Origin: Anaerolineales bacterium
GTDB lineage: Bacteria; Chloroflexota; Anaerolineae; Anaerolineales; UBA11858
DNA: 57,818 nucleotides
Reading direction: 5' to 3'
NCBI GenBank assembly: GCA_021161345.1
Contig: JAGHAU010000086.1
Location: forward strand, 1-57,818
The position numbers and the translations under genes are program-made. Of this stretch, positions 27,351 to 39,785 are shown one piece after another. How positions within the stretch are numbered: the first letter of the stretch is position 1; each line of letters begins with the position of its first letter. Under the pieces are notes generated by a model, which saw nothing but the letters and a program-made list of their open reading frames with translations, had not been told where the DNA came from and made no database searches.

Positions 27351-27719
27351 TCAGGCAGCTTCCGAATCGCTTTCCATTAACCCAAAGACATTGCCTTCTG
27401 TATCTTTGACATAGGCCATCCACCCTACTCCGGGAACAGCCATTCGGGGGCGGATAACCTTTCCACCGTGGGCTTTTACATTTGCCAATGAAGCGTCCAG
27501 ATTTTTGACATCAATGGTATTTTCCACACCTGTGGTGGGATTTTCCCTGCGGGCCAGGCCGCCGTCAATCCCTGGTTTATCTTCCTCGCCGGTCATGATC
27601 AACCAGTATTCTATTGGTCCATCCCATTTTTCAATCTGCCAGTCGAATACCTTTTCATAAAACTTGATGGCGCGTTCTGGATTATCAGCGGGTATCTCGA
27701 AATGCACTACGCGGGACAT
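27351..27719 (-). CDS. VOC / glyoxalase-bleomycin resistance family protein
   Basis: MSRVVHFEIPADNPERAIKFYEKVFDW...GG...G..G.F.D.EGN pattern. Confidence 0.85.
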   Translation of the reverse strand: MSRVVHFEIPADNPERAIKFYEKVFDWQIEKWDGPIEYWLIMTGEEDKPGIDGGLARRENPTTGVENTIDVKNLDASLANVKAHGGKVIRPRMAVPGVGWMAYVKDTEGNVFGLMESDSEAA

Positions 27720-27806
27720 CTACACCTCCTTTCTAAACGAAATAAATTGGTCTATTTCCAGTATAGTAGATGATTCTTCCTTTATCAGACATTATATTCT
27801 TTCCCC

Positions 27807-27837
27807 TTGACATTGACGTTACGTTAAGATGTAGAAT
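27807..27837 (+). promoter_or_regulatory. MerR-type promoter with 19-bp spacer and dyad operator
   Basis: TTGACA at 27807-812, a 19-nt spacer TTGACGTTACGTTAAGATG containing the dyad TTGACGT/ACGTTAA, and TAGAAT at 27832-837. Confidence 0.6.
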
Positions 27838-27859
27838 AGGACTGTTAAGGATAATCAAT

Positions 27860-28627
27860 ATGTATACCATTAAAGAACTGGCGAACCTGGCTGGAGTTAC
27901 GACACGAACTTTGCGATATTACGATCAAATGGGTATTTTGACCCCTGCAGAGCTCGGTTCCAATAACTACAGGTATTATGACCATGATAATTTGCTGCGC
28001 CTGCAGCAAATATTATTCTACCGGGAGCTGGATGTACCGTTGAAAGAAATCCAATTCATATTAAGCCGCCCGGTTTTTCAGCTGCTGCCGGCCCTGAAAA
28101 ACCACCAGGAAGCACTCCAGAAGAAAGTAGAAAGATATCAAGCATTGCTGGGGACAACACAAAAAACCATCAGCAGTCTTAATAGAGGAAAGAGCATGGC
28201 AGAAAACGAATATTTTGAAGGGTTTGATGAAACTCAGTACGAAGAGGAAACCAGGGATCGCTGGAGTCACACCTCCCAGTATAAAGAGTCACAGCGAAAA
28301 TGGTCCAGCTACAGCAAGGATCAAAAAGAAGAAATAAAAAAGGAAGGAAGCCGGATAACCCTCCGGATGGTTACTGAAAATCCTGAGGTTCGACCTGATG
28401 ATCCTGATGTGCAAGAAGCAGTAGAGGATTATTATGTCTATCTCAACCAATATTTCTATATTTGTGAAGTAGAGTTTTTACGCACGTTGGCGGATATGTG
28501 GGTTCAAGATCCCCGCTTTGCGGTGAATTATGAACGCATTCGAGAGGGTGGGGCTGCCTTTGTGAGGGAAGCCGTTCATATCTACTGTGACACTTACGAG
28601 CCTGAGGGAAAGAATACCCATTATTAA
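27860..28627 (+). CDS. MerR-family regulator with TipAS-like C-terminal domain (TipA/Mta-like)
   Basis: MYTIKELANLAGVTTRTLRYYDQMGIL HTH. The C-terminal region reads ...EEAVEDYYVYLNQYFY...DPRF..NYE. The ATG at 27860 is preferred over the ORF-track start at 27770. Confidence 0.85.
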   Translation: MYTIKELANLAGVTTRTLRYYDQMGILTPAELGSNNYRYYDHDNLLRLQQILFYRELDVPLKEIQFILSRPVFQLLPALKNHQEALQKKVERYQALLGTTQKTISSLNRGKSMAENEYFEGFDETQYEEETRDRWSHTSQYKESQRKWSSYSKDQKEEIKKEGSRITLRMVTENPEVRPDDPDVQEAVEDYYVYLNQYFYICEVEFLRTLADMWVQDPRFAVNYERIREGGAAFVREAVHIYCDTYEPEGKNTHY

Positions 28628-28789
28628 ACTAATATTAATTGTGTTGTGATGGATATCCAAGCCCGTACTGGATTGGTATAATATTTCTGCTTCCCCAAAA
28701 TGAAGCATTGTTTATTTAGTTTACTGAACAGCATTGTGTGCCAGCTGTTTTCACTTTGGCGCACTGCGTTTTGTCCAACGGAGGTTTTT

Positions 28790-30655
28790 GTGGATTCTGG
28801 ATCAAATAATCGACAATCTATTGTATATATGCTGATTTTTATTGGGATCATCACCCTGGTATTTTATGCTGTCCGCCAGCAGTCTATTACCACCGAGGAT
28901 ATCTCCATAGGTGAGGTTGCCCAGCAAATCACTAATGGCAGGCTGAAACGCATAGTGGTAAATGAAGATGAACTGGGTCTTTTCTATGCAGATGGCTCGG
29001 AAGGCAAATCCTATAAAGAACCAGATGCGACTTTTATCGAACAACTGGCTCAGCTGGGCGTTCCCGTAGAAAATCTCAGTCCTGAAAACGTCATCATCGA
29101 GATCCAACCTCCTAGTGCCTGGTTTGGCGTAATTAACATCCTGGGTTATATTTTGCCCTTTATTATGATCGCTGGATTATTCTGGTTTGTTTTCCGGCAG
29201 GCTCGGGGCGGAGGCAACTCTGCGATGAATTTCGGCCAATCCAAGGCCAGGAAATTCACGGGCGATAATCCCACAGTAACCTTTGATGATGTAGCGGGAA
29301 TCCCCGAAGCCAAAGAAGAGCTGTTTGAGGTTGTCGAATTCTTGCGGGAACCTGAAAAATTCATGGCCCTGGGAGCACGAATCCCCAAAGGTTTGCTGCT
29401 GATGGGTGCGCCCGGTACTGGAAAAACACTGCTTGCCAAAGCCGTATCCGGTGAGGCCGGTGTACCGTTCTATTCCATTTCTGGTTCCGAATTTGTAGAA
29501 ATGTTTGTTGGCGTCGGCGCCAGCCGTGTCAGGGACCTGTTCGAAAAGGCGAAAGCTGACTCACCTTGTATCGTATTTGTAGATGAAATAGACGCAGTCG
29601 GGCGCCATCGAGGTGCTGGACTGGGTGGAAGCCATGACGAACGTGAGCAAACCCTGAACCAGATCCTGGTGGAAATGGATGGTTTTGACACGGATACCAA
29701 CGTGATCATCATTGCCGCCACCAACCGCCCGGATATACTGGACCCGGCGCTTCTTCGCCCTGGTCGATTTGACCGACGGGTGATCCTGGATCGTCCGGAT
29801 ATGGTTGGCCGGGAAGCCATCCTTGAAGTTCATGCCCGTGGCAAACCACTTGCCCCGGATGTGGATCTGAAGATCTTGGCAAAGGGCACCCCCGGATTTG
29901 TGGGCGCTGATCTGGAGAATATGATCAACGAGGCTGCCATCCTGGCTGCCCGCCGCGAAAAGAAAGCCATTGAACAGACAGATTTCCAGGAATCAATTGA
30001 ACGTGTAATCGCCGGGCCGGAACGCAAGAGCCGCTTGATCAGTGATGTGGAAAAGCAGATCATTGCTTACCACGAGGCTGGACACGCGATTACCGCACGT
30101 TCCCTGCCTGAGGCGGATTCAGTTCACAAGATCTCCATCATTGCCCGCGGTCAGGCTGGTGGATATACTCTGATCCTTCCTGATAATGATCGCACCCTGG
30201 TCTCTAGGAAAAAAATTCTGGCTGACATGGTGAGTTTACTAGGAGGTCGAGCCGCAGAGGAAATAGTGTTCAGCGATATTACCTCCGGGGCTTCAAATGA
30301 CCTGGAACGGGTAACAAAGTTAGCCCGGGAAATGGTCACCAGACTGGGTATGAGTTCGGAACTGGGCCCGATGGTTTATGGCAAAAAAGATGAAATGGTC
30401 TTTTTGGGCAAGGAATTCACCGAACAGCGAGATTACTCCGAATCTGTGGCAGAGATGATCGATAAGGAAGTTAAAGAAATAGTCATCGCCGCTTATGAGC
30501 GGGCCAAGGATATTCTACTGAAGCACCGCGAGGTGCTGGATACGCTGGCAGAGAAACTGCTCGAGCAAGAAACCGTCGATGCCAAGGAACTGGGAGAAAT
30601 TTTCCCGATGCCCGAACCGAAAAACGGTGGTATGCCCGTGAAAAATAGTAAATAA
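28790..30655 (+). CDS. ftsH: ATP-dependent zinc metalloprotease FtsH
   Basis: [13 protein letters not shown] Walker A, DEIDAVG, the second region of homology, and HEAGHAI zinc site. The GTG at 28790 lies 6 nt after GGAGG. The longer ORF from 28700 has no support. Confidence 0.9.
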   Translation: MDSGSNNRQSIVYMLIFIGIITLVFYAVRQQSITTEDISIGEVAQQITNGRLKRIVVNEDELGLFYADGSEGKSYKEPDATFIEQLAQLGVPVENLSPENVIIEIQPPSAWFGVINILGYILPFIMIAGLFWFVFRQARGGGNSAMNFGQSKARKFTGDNPTVTFDDVAGIPEAKEELFEVVEFLREPEKFMALGARIPKGLLLMGAPGTGKTLLAKAVSGEAGVPFYSISGSEFVEMFVGVGASRVRDLFEKAKADSPCIVFVDEIDAVGRHRGAGLGGSHDEREQTLNQILVEMDGFDTDTNVIIIAATNRPDILDPALLRPGRFDRRVILDRPDMVGREAILEVHARGKPLAPDVDLKILAKGTPGFVGADLENMINEAAILAARREKKAIEQTDFQESIERVIAGPERKSRLISDVEKQIIAYHEAGHAITARSLPEADSVHKISIIARGQAGGYTLILPDNDRTLVSRKKILADMVSLLGGRAAEEIVFSDITSGASNDLERVTKLAREMVTRLGMSSELGPMVYGKKDEMVFLGKEFTEQRDYSESVAEMIDKEVKEIVIAAYERAKDILLKHREVLDTLAEKLLEQETVDAKELGEIFPMPEPKNGGMPVKNSK

Positions 30656-30678
30656 AGAAGAAAATATCAGCACCAATG

Positions 30679-30715
30679 GATACGGTTTCCTAATGGAAAC
30701 CGTATCTTTATTTAA
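30679..30715 (+). terminator. Rho-independent terminator after ftsH
   Basis: GATACGGTTTCC-taat-GGAAACCGTATC followed by TTTATTTAATTTT. Confidence 0.7.
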
Positions 30716-30836
30716 TTTTGAGAAGGATGCGTTATCCTGGAGATGGGTTAAAGTATAGTTTCCTGAACTAAATCATTCTTTCAATCAATCTTTAAAGTTC
30801 CCGCATTCTTCGTATTATCTACAGTAAAATTAACCC

Positions 30837-31631
30837 ATGGATATTACCATTTGGAAAAACCGTTTATTACACCTGCCCTTGGGAGATATTTACCTTTATC
30901 CGGAAGTGAGTTCTACCAACCTGGTTGCGGAAGAGAAGATCAAGGCTGGTGCCCCACCATTTTCATTGGTAGTCGCTGATTCCCAAACCGAAGGTAGAGG
31001 CAGGTTAGGACGGAGTTGGATTACCCGGGCTGGTAAAGCCCTGGCTCTGAGCTGGATCCTGTATCCAGAACCGGGCCGACTCCAGCCGGAGACCCTGGGT
31101 ATGTTAAGCGGACTTGCCCCGGTCGCGGTTGCGGAAGTCCTGAGAGAAAATTATGCCCTGCCAGCAGAGATCAAATGGCCCAACGATGTGCTGGTTTATG
31201 GGAAAAAAGCCGCCGGTGTGTTGGTGGATGTCCGCTGGAATGGATGCGATGTGACGGATGTGGTCCTGGGGATTGGGGTGAATGTCGCCAGGGATTCTGT
31301 TCCTCCCAGCGAGGATCTGAACTTCCCGGCCATATCCCTCGACGAGGCTGCTGGAAAAGAGATTTCCCGCCTGGATCTGCTGGTCCAAATTATGGAATCC
31401 TTATTAAAGTGGTATTCCAGGTTGGTTGAACCCTCTTTTATCCAGTCCTGGGATTCAATGCTGGCATTTAAGGGGCAGCAAGTCAAACTGACCACTGAAA
31501 GGGGAATGAGAGGGCAGGGAAAGGTGGCTGGTATCAGCGATGATGGATCTCTGATCCTGATTTCCGAGGCCGGGAATGAAACCGAATACCACGCTGGAGA
31601 GATTCAGCTTCGGCTGGTTGACAGATCCTGA
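30837..31631 (+). CDS. birA: Biotin--[acetyl-CoA-carboxylase] ligase (class I, no HTH)
   Basis: GRGRLGRSW motif and KWPNDV. Confidence 0.85.
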   Translation: MDITIWKNRLLHLPLGDIYLYPEVSSTNLVAEEKIKAGAPPFSLVVADSQTEGRGRLGRSWITRAGKALALSWILYPEPGRLQPETLGMLSGLAPVAVAEVLRENYALPAEIKWPNDVLVYGKKAAGVLVDVRWNGCDVTDVVLGIGVNVARDSVPPSEDLNFPAISLDEAAGKEISRLDLLVQIMESLLKWYSRLVEPSFIQSWDSMLAFKGQQVKLTTERGMRGQGKVAGISDDGSLILISEAGNETEYHAGEIQLRLVDRS

Positions 31632-31679
31632 AAATAAGCTACACTAGGAAAAAGATTGTAATTCCAAGGGAGTATTCCT

Positions 31680-31892
31680 ATGTCCTTAGATAATATCCGC
31701 AATGAGATGGAAGACGACTTTGATTTTTCCGAAGATGATGTGTGGGGAGATCCTGTAGAAGTCCAAAAAAAGGAGTTCCTGGGAATGACCCCGGGACAGC
31801 GTTTTGTCCTGGCGTTCCTGTTGTTCCTGACTGCGACCATCCTGGCGGCTTTTTGCCTGCTGATAACAGGGAGGATATCGCTGCCATTTTAG
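31680..31892 (+). CDS. Small hypothetical protein with acidic N-terminus and one C-terminal TM helix
   Basis: ORF only; no motif recognised. Confidence 0.35.
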   Translation: MSLDNIRNEMEDDFDFSEDDVWGDPVEVQKKEFLGMTPGQRFVLAFLLFLTATILAAFCLLITGRISLPF

Positions 31893-31910
31893 TGTTTATG
31901 ACTATCAATA

Positions 31911-31939
31911 AAAAAGGTTTCCATTTCGGAAACCTTTTT
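31911..31939. terminator. Bidirectional terminator between the small ORF and the gyrA 3' end
   Basis: AAAAAGGTTTCC-atttc-GGAAACCTTTTT. Confidence 0.7.
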
Positions 31940-31944
31940 TGTAT

Positions 31945-34452
<2,508 letters not shown>

Positions 34453-34601
34453 AATTTGACCCTTGTATTTTCAAAACTTATTAATGAAAATGAGTGCTGC
34501 TAGAAGGGAAGCACACTTGTTTTAATTATACCACTCAGGGCCTCTGATTACCCCTCCAGGGACCCTTCCTGGGAGGTTCACGATACGGGTAATTAATATG
34601 C

Positions 34602-34629
34602 AAAAAACCCCGGATTTCCGGGGTTTTTT
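34602..34629 (-). terminator. Rho-independent terminator after nfnB
   Basis: AAAAAACCCCGG-attt-CCGGGGTTTTTT. Confidence 0.75.
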
Positions 34630-34648
34630 AGTGTTTTTAGGGGGGAAA

Positions 34649-36082
34649 TTAGAGTCCAGCCAGGTATTCGTTAATGGCTATAGCGGCCACCCGCCCTGCA
34701 CCCATGGCTTTGATCACGGTAGCGGAGCCGGTAACTATGTCGCCACCCGCAAATACGCCTTTTTTCGAGGTCTTGCCTGTTTCCTCATCCACCAGGAATG
34801 TGCCCCATTTGCTGGTCTTCAAATCAGGTGTGGTCTCTGAGATGAATTTTCGGGGAGTAGTGCCCAGGGCGACGATTACCGTATCTGTTTCGACGGTGTG
34901 CTCAGATCCTTCGATGGGGATCGGACGCCTTCTTCCGGAATCGTCTGGTTCGCCAAGCTCCATTTTTATACATTCTGTTGCTGTAACTGCGTTATTTTCG
35001 CTGCCAATGAAACGGATCGGATTGGTCAGCAAGTTAAAAATGATGCCTTCCTCTTCCGCGTGATGGAGTTCTTCTGCCCGGGCCGGCATTTGGTCTCTTG
35101 CCCGGCGGTAGATAATGCTCACTTCGACGTCATCGCCGCCTACCCGTTTTGCTGCCCGGGCGGCATCCATAGCGACATTTCCAGCGCCGATCACGGCCAC
35201 TTTTTTGCCTACTTTGATAGGGGTAGTATATTCTTCCCGATAGGCTTTCATAAGATTCACCCGGGTGAGAAACTCGTTAGCTGATGAGATCCCATTTAAG
35301 TTTTCACCAGGTAAGTTGAGGAACATTGGCAGACCTGCGCCGGTCCCGATAAAAACCGCGTCAAAACCATCTTCATCCAGCAAGGCATCGATGGTCCTGG
35401 TTTTACCGATCAGCATATTCAGCTTGATCTCTGCGCCCAATTTTTTGATGGTTTCGATTTCAGCGGCAACAATTGCCTTAGGCAAACGGAATTCAGGAAT
35501 CCCGTAGACGAGGACACCACCCAATTCATGCAGGGCTTCAAAAATAGTTACTTTATGGCCGGCTTGCAGTAATTCGTAGGAAACAGTGATACCAGCCGGT
35601 CCGGATCCAACCACGGCGACCTTTTTTCCGGTTGATGGAGCGACCTTGGGAAGCTCCACGGCACCCTGTTCCCGTTCATAATCGGCTACAAATCTTTCCA
35701 GCCTGCCAATGGCAACCGGCTTATCAATTTTTGCAACCACACAGACCTGCTCACATTGTTCTTCCTGGGGACACACGCGACCACAGACAGAAGGCAGCAG
35801 GTTGGTTTCCTTGATTTTTTGAGCCGCGCCGATAAAGTCCCCTTCCGAAACCAGGTGAATGAATCCGGGGATATCTACAGATACCGGGCAGCCATCCACG
35901 CAAGGATGCTTGGGGCACTGTAGGCAGCGCTTGGCTTCGATCAGAGCCAGTTCAGGAGTAAACCCCAGGGCAACTTCATTGAAATCCTTATTGCGTACTT
36001 CTGGGAGCCGAACAGGCATCTCCTGGCGAGGTATACGTTCTGGTTTCTTCCGGGGAGGGCGGGTGCGTTTTTCTTCGGCCAT
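34649..36082 (-). CDS. nfnB: NfnB / glutamate-synthase-small-subunit-like NADPH oxidoreductase (large subunit of NADH-dependent ferredoxin:NADP+ oxidoreductase)
   Basis: Two Cys clusters (CLQCPKHPCVDGCPV and CGRVCPQEEQCEQVC) plus VVGSGPAG and VIGAGNVAMD dinucleotide folds. The ATG at 36082 overlaps the nfnA stop (TAATG). Confidence 0.85.
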   Translation of the reverse strand: MAEEKRTRPPRKKPERIPRQEMPVRLPEVRNKDFNEVALGFTPELALIEAKRCLQCPKHPCVDGCPVSVDIPGFIHLVSEGDFIGAAQKIKETNLLPSVCGRVCPQEEQCEQVCVVAKIDKPVAIGRLERFVADYEREQGAVELPKVAPSTGKKVAVVGSGPAGITVSYELLQAGHKVTIFEALHELGGVLVYGIPEFRLPKAIVAAEIETIKKLGAEIKLNMLIGKTRTIDALLDEDGFDAVFIGTGAGLPMFLNLPGENLNGISSANEFLTRVNLMKAYREEYTTPIKVGKKVAVIGAGNVAMDAARAAKRVGGDDVEVSIIYRRARDQMPARAEELHHAEEEGIIFNLLTNPIRFIGSENNAVTATECIKMELGEPDDSGRRRPIPIEGSEHTVETDTVIVALGTTPRKFISETTPDLKTSKWGTFLVDEETGKTSKKGVFAGGDIVTGSATVIKAMGAGRVAAIAINEYLAGL

Positions 36083-36924
36083 TATGCTCTCTCCTCTTCT
36101 GCTTTGTCTATCATTAAATCCATCTGGCATTTCTGTTCTTTGTCATAATAGTGGTGTTTGGCGATCTGTTCGTCAAAATCGACCAGATGAGCGTCAAATT
36201 CTGGCCCGTCGACACAGGCGAATTTCACTTCATCACCCACTGTCACCCGGCAGCCGCCGCACATGCCGGTGCCGTCGATCATGATCGCATTCAGGCTGGC
36301 GATAGTGTGGATCTTATAGGGACGAGTTACTTCTGCGACCGCTTTCATCATCATGGTGGGGCCAATGGCAACCACCAGGTCGATGTTCTTCTTATCATCG
36401 ATCAGCCCCTGCAGCACTGTGGACCCAAACCCCTTGACCCCATAACTTCCGTCATCGGTGGTGATAATTAGCTCATCACTGACTGCCCCCAGTTCTTCTT
36501 CCAAAATGAGCAGTTCCTTATTCCTGGCGCCGTTAATAGTGATGACCTCGTTGCCGGCTTCTTTTAATCCCTTGACGATGGGATACAAAACAGCGGTACC
36601 AACTCCGCCGCCAACACAAACGACTGTGCCGTACTTTTCCATATCGGTGGGCCTGCCCAGGGGTCCCAGAACATCCAGGAATCCATCCCCAACTTCAAAA
36701 CTTACCAGGCGGGTTGTGCTGAATCCCGCTTTTTGGATGATCAGGTCAATGGTTCCTTTTTCTGGATCGGAATCCACGATCGTCAGGGGTACCCTTTCGC
36801 TGGTTTCCTCAGCACGGATGACTACAAACTGGCCGGGTTTTCTGGACCGGGCCACTTCGGGTGCTTCAACACTGAATCTCGTGATATTGGGAGCGAGATC
36901 CTGTTTTTTCACGATTTTATACAT
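36082..36924 (-). CDS. nfnA: NfnA / PyrK-like FAD-[2Fe-2S] electron-transfer subunit
   Basis: FAD-binding barrel, NAD fold, and C-terminal GTGMCGGCRV...CVDGP cluster motif. Confidence 0.85.
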   Translation of the reverse strand: MYKIVKKQDLAPNITRFSVEAPEVARSRKPGQFVVIRAEETSERVPLTIVDSDPEKGTIDLIIQKAGFSTTRLVSFEVGDGFLDVLGPLGRPTDMEKYGTVVCVGGGVGTAVLYPIVKGLKEAGNEVITINGARNKELLILEEELGAVSDELIITTDDGSYGVKGFGSTVLQGLIDDKKNIDLVVAIGPTMMMKAVAEVTRPYKIHTIASLNAIMIDGTGMCGGCRVTVGDEVKFACVDGPEFDAHLVDFDEQIAKHHYYDKEQKCQMDLMIDKAEEERA

Positions 36925-37130
36925 GGTCTACTCCTGAAAGTCATTCAGAGATAATTAATCTGATTTTGGCTCACTATATTATAACTTTTATCATAATCCG
37001 TTAGTCATTATTTTTAGTGTAACTTGTCATAAGTTGCCAGTGAATACTTTCAGGTATCAAGTTAGACCGGGACCCATGTTCCTGATATCATATAGGGAAT
37101 TACTGGCAGGCATTCACATTGAGGAGAATA

Positions 37131-37655
37131 ATGACTGTAGATTTCACCGATCAACTCGATCCGACTGCGAAAACGGAGTTCCATAGACGATATTACCAGA
37201 GCTGGTCCAGTTTTTGGAAGGATTTGAAATACCTGCTCTCTAATCGGGCTCAGATCAAAACCGCCATGTCTTCCCCACAACTTACTCCGGCTTTTCGGGA
37301 ACGATTGATGCTGGCCGTTACAGAAGTGAATCTCTGCCGCTACTGCAGGACTTTCCATGTAGGTCAAGCCGGGCAGGCGGGAATTTCGATTGAGGAAATT
37401 GCTATTTATCTAAAGGGGACTATCCCGGATGAAGTTCCCGATGAGCAAAAATTGGCTGTTTGCTACGCTAGGCATTGGGCGGAAACCAACTCCCAGCCTG
37501 ATCCAGATTATATTGACCAGGTAAAGGAAACCTATGGAGATGATGGTTTCAAGGCCATTAACATGGTGTTAAGGATGATCACGATGGGAAATTTGTTGGG
37601 AAATACCTGGGATTATTTACTATTCAAAATCTCATTTGGACAATGGGGTCAATAA
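37131..37655 (+). CDS. AhpD-like / carboxymuconolactone decarboxylase family protein
   Basis: CRYCRTFH (CxxC) motif. The ATG at 37131 lies 4 nt after GAGGAG. Confidence 0.75.
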   Translation: MTVDFTDQLDPTAKTEFHRRYYQSWSSFWKDLKYLLSNRAQIKTAMSSPQLTPAFRERLMLAVTEVNLCRYCRTFHVGQAGQAGISIEEIAIYLKGTIPDEVPDEQKLAVCYARHWAETNSQPDPDYIDQVKETYGDDGFKAINMVLRMITMGNLLGNTWDYLLFKISFGQWGQ

Positions 37656-37677
37656 AAGCGAAAAAGAGGCGGGGGTA

Positions 37678-38011
37678 ATGGATGAATAAAACCAACCTGT
37701 CCTGGTAATGGTGACAGCGCCGGATAAATCTGCTGCCAGAAAAATAGCCGGAGTTATGATAGAAAAGAAGCTTGCTGCTGTGTGAATATTACTCCCAGTT
37801 GGGTATCGATCTATCGCTGAGAAGAGGAGATCCGGGAAAATACAGAAGTGCTGATGTTGATCAAAACCACCTCGGTGTTATTTAATAATCAGCTTGTCCC
37901 TTGTATCCAGGAACTGCATCCTTATGACCTGCCAGAGATCATTACTCTGCCCATTCTGGCTGGAGAAAAAATTATCTGAATTGGTTGATAGAAGAAGCCT
38001 CCGGAGAGTAA
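37678..38011 (+). pseudogene. cutA: cutA (divalent-cation tolerance protein) pseudogene
   Basis: Frame A reads MDE*NQPVLVMVTAPDKSAARKIAGVMIEKKLAAV*. After a 1-nt deletion near 37779 the next frame reads CVNITPSWVSIYR*EEEIRENTEVLMLIKTTSVLFNNQLVPCIQELHPYDLPEIITLPILAGEKNYLNWLIEEASGE*. The TAA is at 37687-689. The TGA at 37818-820 falls on the conserved CutA Trp. Confidence 0.75.
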
Positions 38012-38230
38012 ATCACTCCGAAAATAGACGTTATCACAAGCAAATTAAGTATGATTTCAGTCGATGAAGTCGTGGTATGATAAATTGATAGGAAAGATAT
38101 GTATATTTCCGACAGAGCAGGTAAAATCCCTTTCAGATGAGTTGTGATAGGGGTTTTTGATGCCTGTCATTATTGTTCAATAGCAAATCGCAAGCTGGTG
38201 TATCAAATTTGAGAACACGGAGAAGAAATA

Positions 38231-39733
38231 ATGCAGGATAAACTAGATCAATTAAAATCAATATTGGCGATTATTTCTGATTTGCATGGCGCAACAGCTC
38301 TGTTGAGCTGGGATCAGCAGTGTTATATGCCCCCGGGAGGTGTTGTGGACCGTGGGAACCAGATCGGCACGTTGAGCAGTCTGGCCCATTCGAAATTCGT
38401 CTCCGAGGAAGTTGGATCACTCCTCGAAGAACTGAAACCATATGCCGAGACTCTCGATCCAGAAAGTGATGATGCCTGTTTGATCGAAGTAACAGACCGG
38501 GATTATCAAAAATCCATCAATGTTCCCAATGAATATGTGGCTGAGTGGGCTCGGGTTACCACAGTCGCACACGGTGCCTGGGAAGAAGCTCGGGCCAATA
38601 ATGATTTCTCACATTTCCAGCCGCACCTTGAAAAGATCGTAGATATGAGGCGCCAGTACGCTGATTTTTTCAAGCCCTATACCCATGTTTACGATCCGCT
38701 CCTGGATGATTTTGAGCCTGGTATGACGACTGCCGAGGTTCAGGAGATATTCACCGGTATGCGTCCCAAGCAGGTGGAACTGATCAAAGCCATCAGTGAA
38801 AAACCCCAGGTGGATGACAGCTTCCTGCATTTGCATTATGAGGATCAGCAGCAGTGGGAATTTGGAGAAGCGGCTATCACCAAGTTTGGATATGATTGGA
38901 ATCGCGGCCGGCAGGATAAAGCCGCCCATCCGTTTACAACCAATTTCGGGCTGGGTGATGTTCGCATCACTACCCGGGTTGATGAGAACTTCCTCAATAC
39001 TGCCCTGTTTGGCACCCTGCACGAAGCCGGCCATGCCATTTATGAACAGGGAGTTGCCGCGGAGCTGGAACGAACGCCTTTGGGCAGTGGCGCTTCCCTT
39101 GCAGTTCATGAATCCCAATCCCGGATGTATGAGAATCTGTTAGGGCGATCCTACGATTTTTGGGTACATTTTTACCCCTCGCTTCAGGAAAGATTCAAAA
39201 CCCAGCTTGGGAATGTGGACCTTGATACATTCTACAAAGGCATCAACAAAGTTGAACCTTCGTTGATTCGCGTTGAAGCTGATGAAGCAACCTATAACCT
39301 GCATATTATGCTTCGGCTGGAACTTGAAATCGCATTGATGGAAGGTAAGCTGAAGGTTGCTGATCTGCCACAAGCCTGGAATGACCGCATGGAGGATTAT
39401 CTTGGCGTTGTTCCAGCCACCGATGCAGAAGGTGTGCTGCAGGACGTGCACTGGTCCGCAGGAATCCTGGGATATTTCCCAACTTATGCCCTGGGCAATC
39501 TGGTTTCCAATCAGCTGTGGGAGAAGATCAATCTGGATATTCCGGACTTATCCTCTCAGGTCCAGAACGGGAATTTTGCTGAATTACTGGCCTGGCTTCG
39601 AGAAAATGTGCACCGCCATGGAGCAAAATTCAAACCACAGCACCTGGTGAAACGGGTTGTTGGATCAACTATTTCGCCAGAAGCGTACTTGAAATACCTG
39701 AACGATAAGTTCGGGGCGATTTACGAGTTGTAA
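38231..39733 (+). CDS. Carboxypeptidase Taq-like metallopeptidase (M32)
   Basis: HEAGHAIYE (HExxH), DVRITT and LQDVHWS motifs. Confidence 0.9.
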   Translation: MQDKLDQLKSILAIISDLHGATALLSWDQQCYMPPGGVVDRGNQIGTLSSLAHSKFVSEEVGSLLEELKPYAETLDPESDDACLIEVTDRDYQKSINVPNEYVAEWARVTTVAHGAWEEARANNDFSHFQPHLEKIVDMRRQYADFFKPYTHVYDPLLDDFEPGMTTAEVQEIFTGMRPKQVELIKAISEKPQVDDSFLHLHYEDQQQWEFGEAAITKFGYDWNRGRQDKAAHPFTTNFGLGDVRITTRVDENFLNTALFGTLHEAGHAIYEQGVAAELERTPLGSGASLAVHESQSRMYENLLGRSYDFWVHFYPSLQERFKTQLGNVDLDTFYKGINKVEPSLIRVEADEATYNLHIMLRLELEIALMEGKLKVADLPQAWNDRMEDYLGVVPATDAEGVLQDVHWSAGILGYFPTYALGNLVSNQLWEKINLDIPDLSSQVQNGNFAELLAWLRENVHRHGAKFKPQHLVKRVVGSTISPEAYLKYLNDKFGAIYEL

Positions 39734-39785
39734 GTTCACTTTCTAATTCGCAGAAGACAACCATTGATATCTCTTAGGAGAGGCC

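Noticed and set aside
28700-28789. Longer FtsH ORF starting at 28700, and the longer MerR ORF starting at 27770.
   Set aside because: The extensions have no Shine-Dalgarno sequence and no family-like sequence. Internal starts at 28790 (GTG after GGAGG) and 27860 (ATG giving the MerR HTH at residue 1) fit the families. The promoter at 27807-27837 lies inside the supposed extension.
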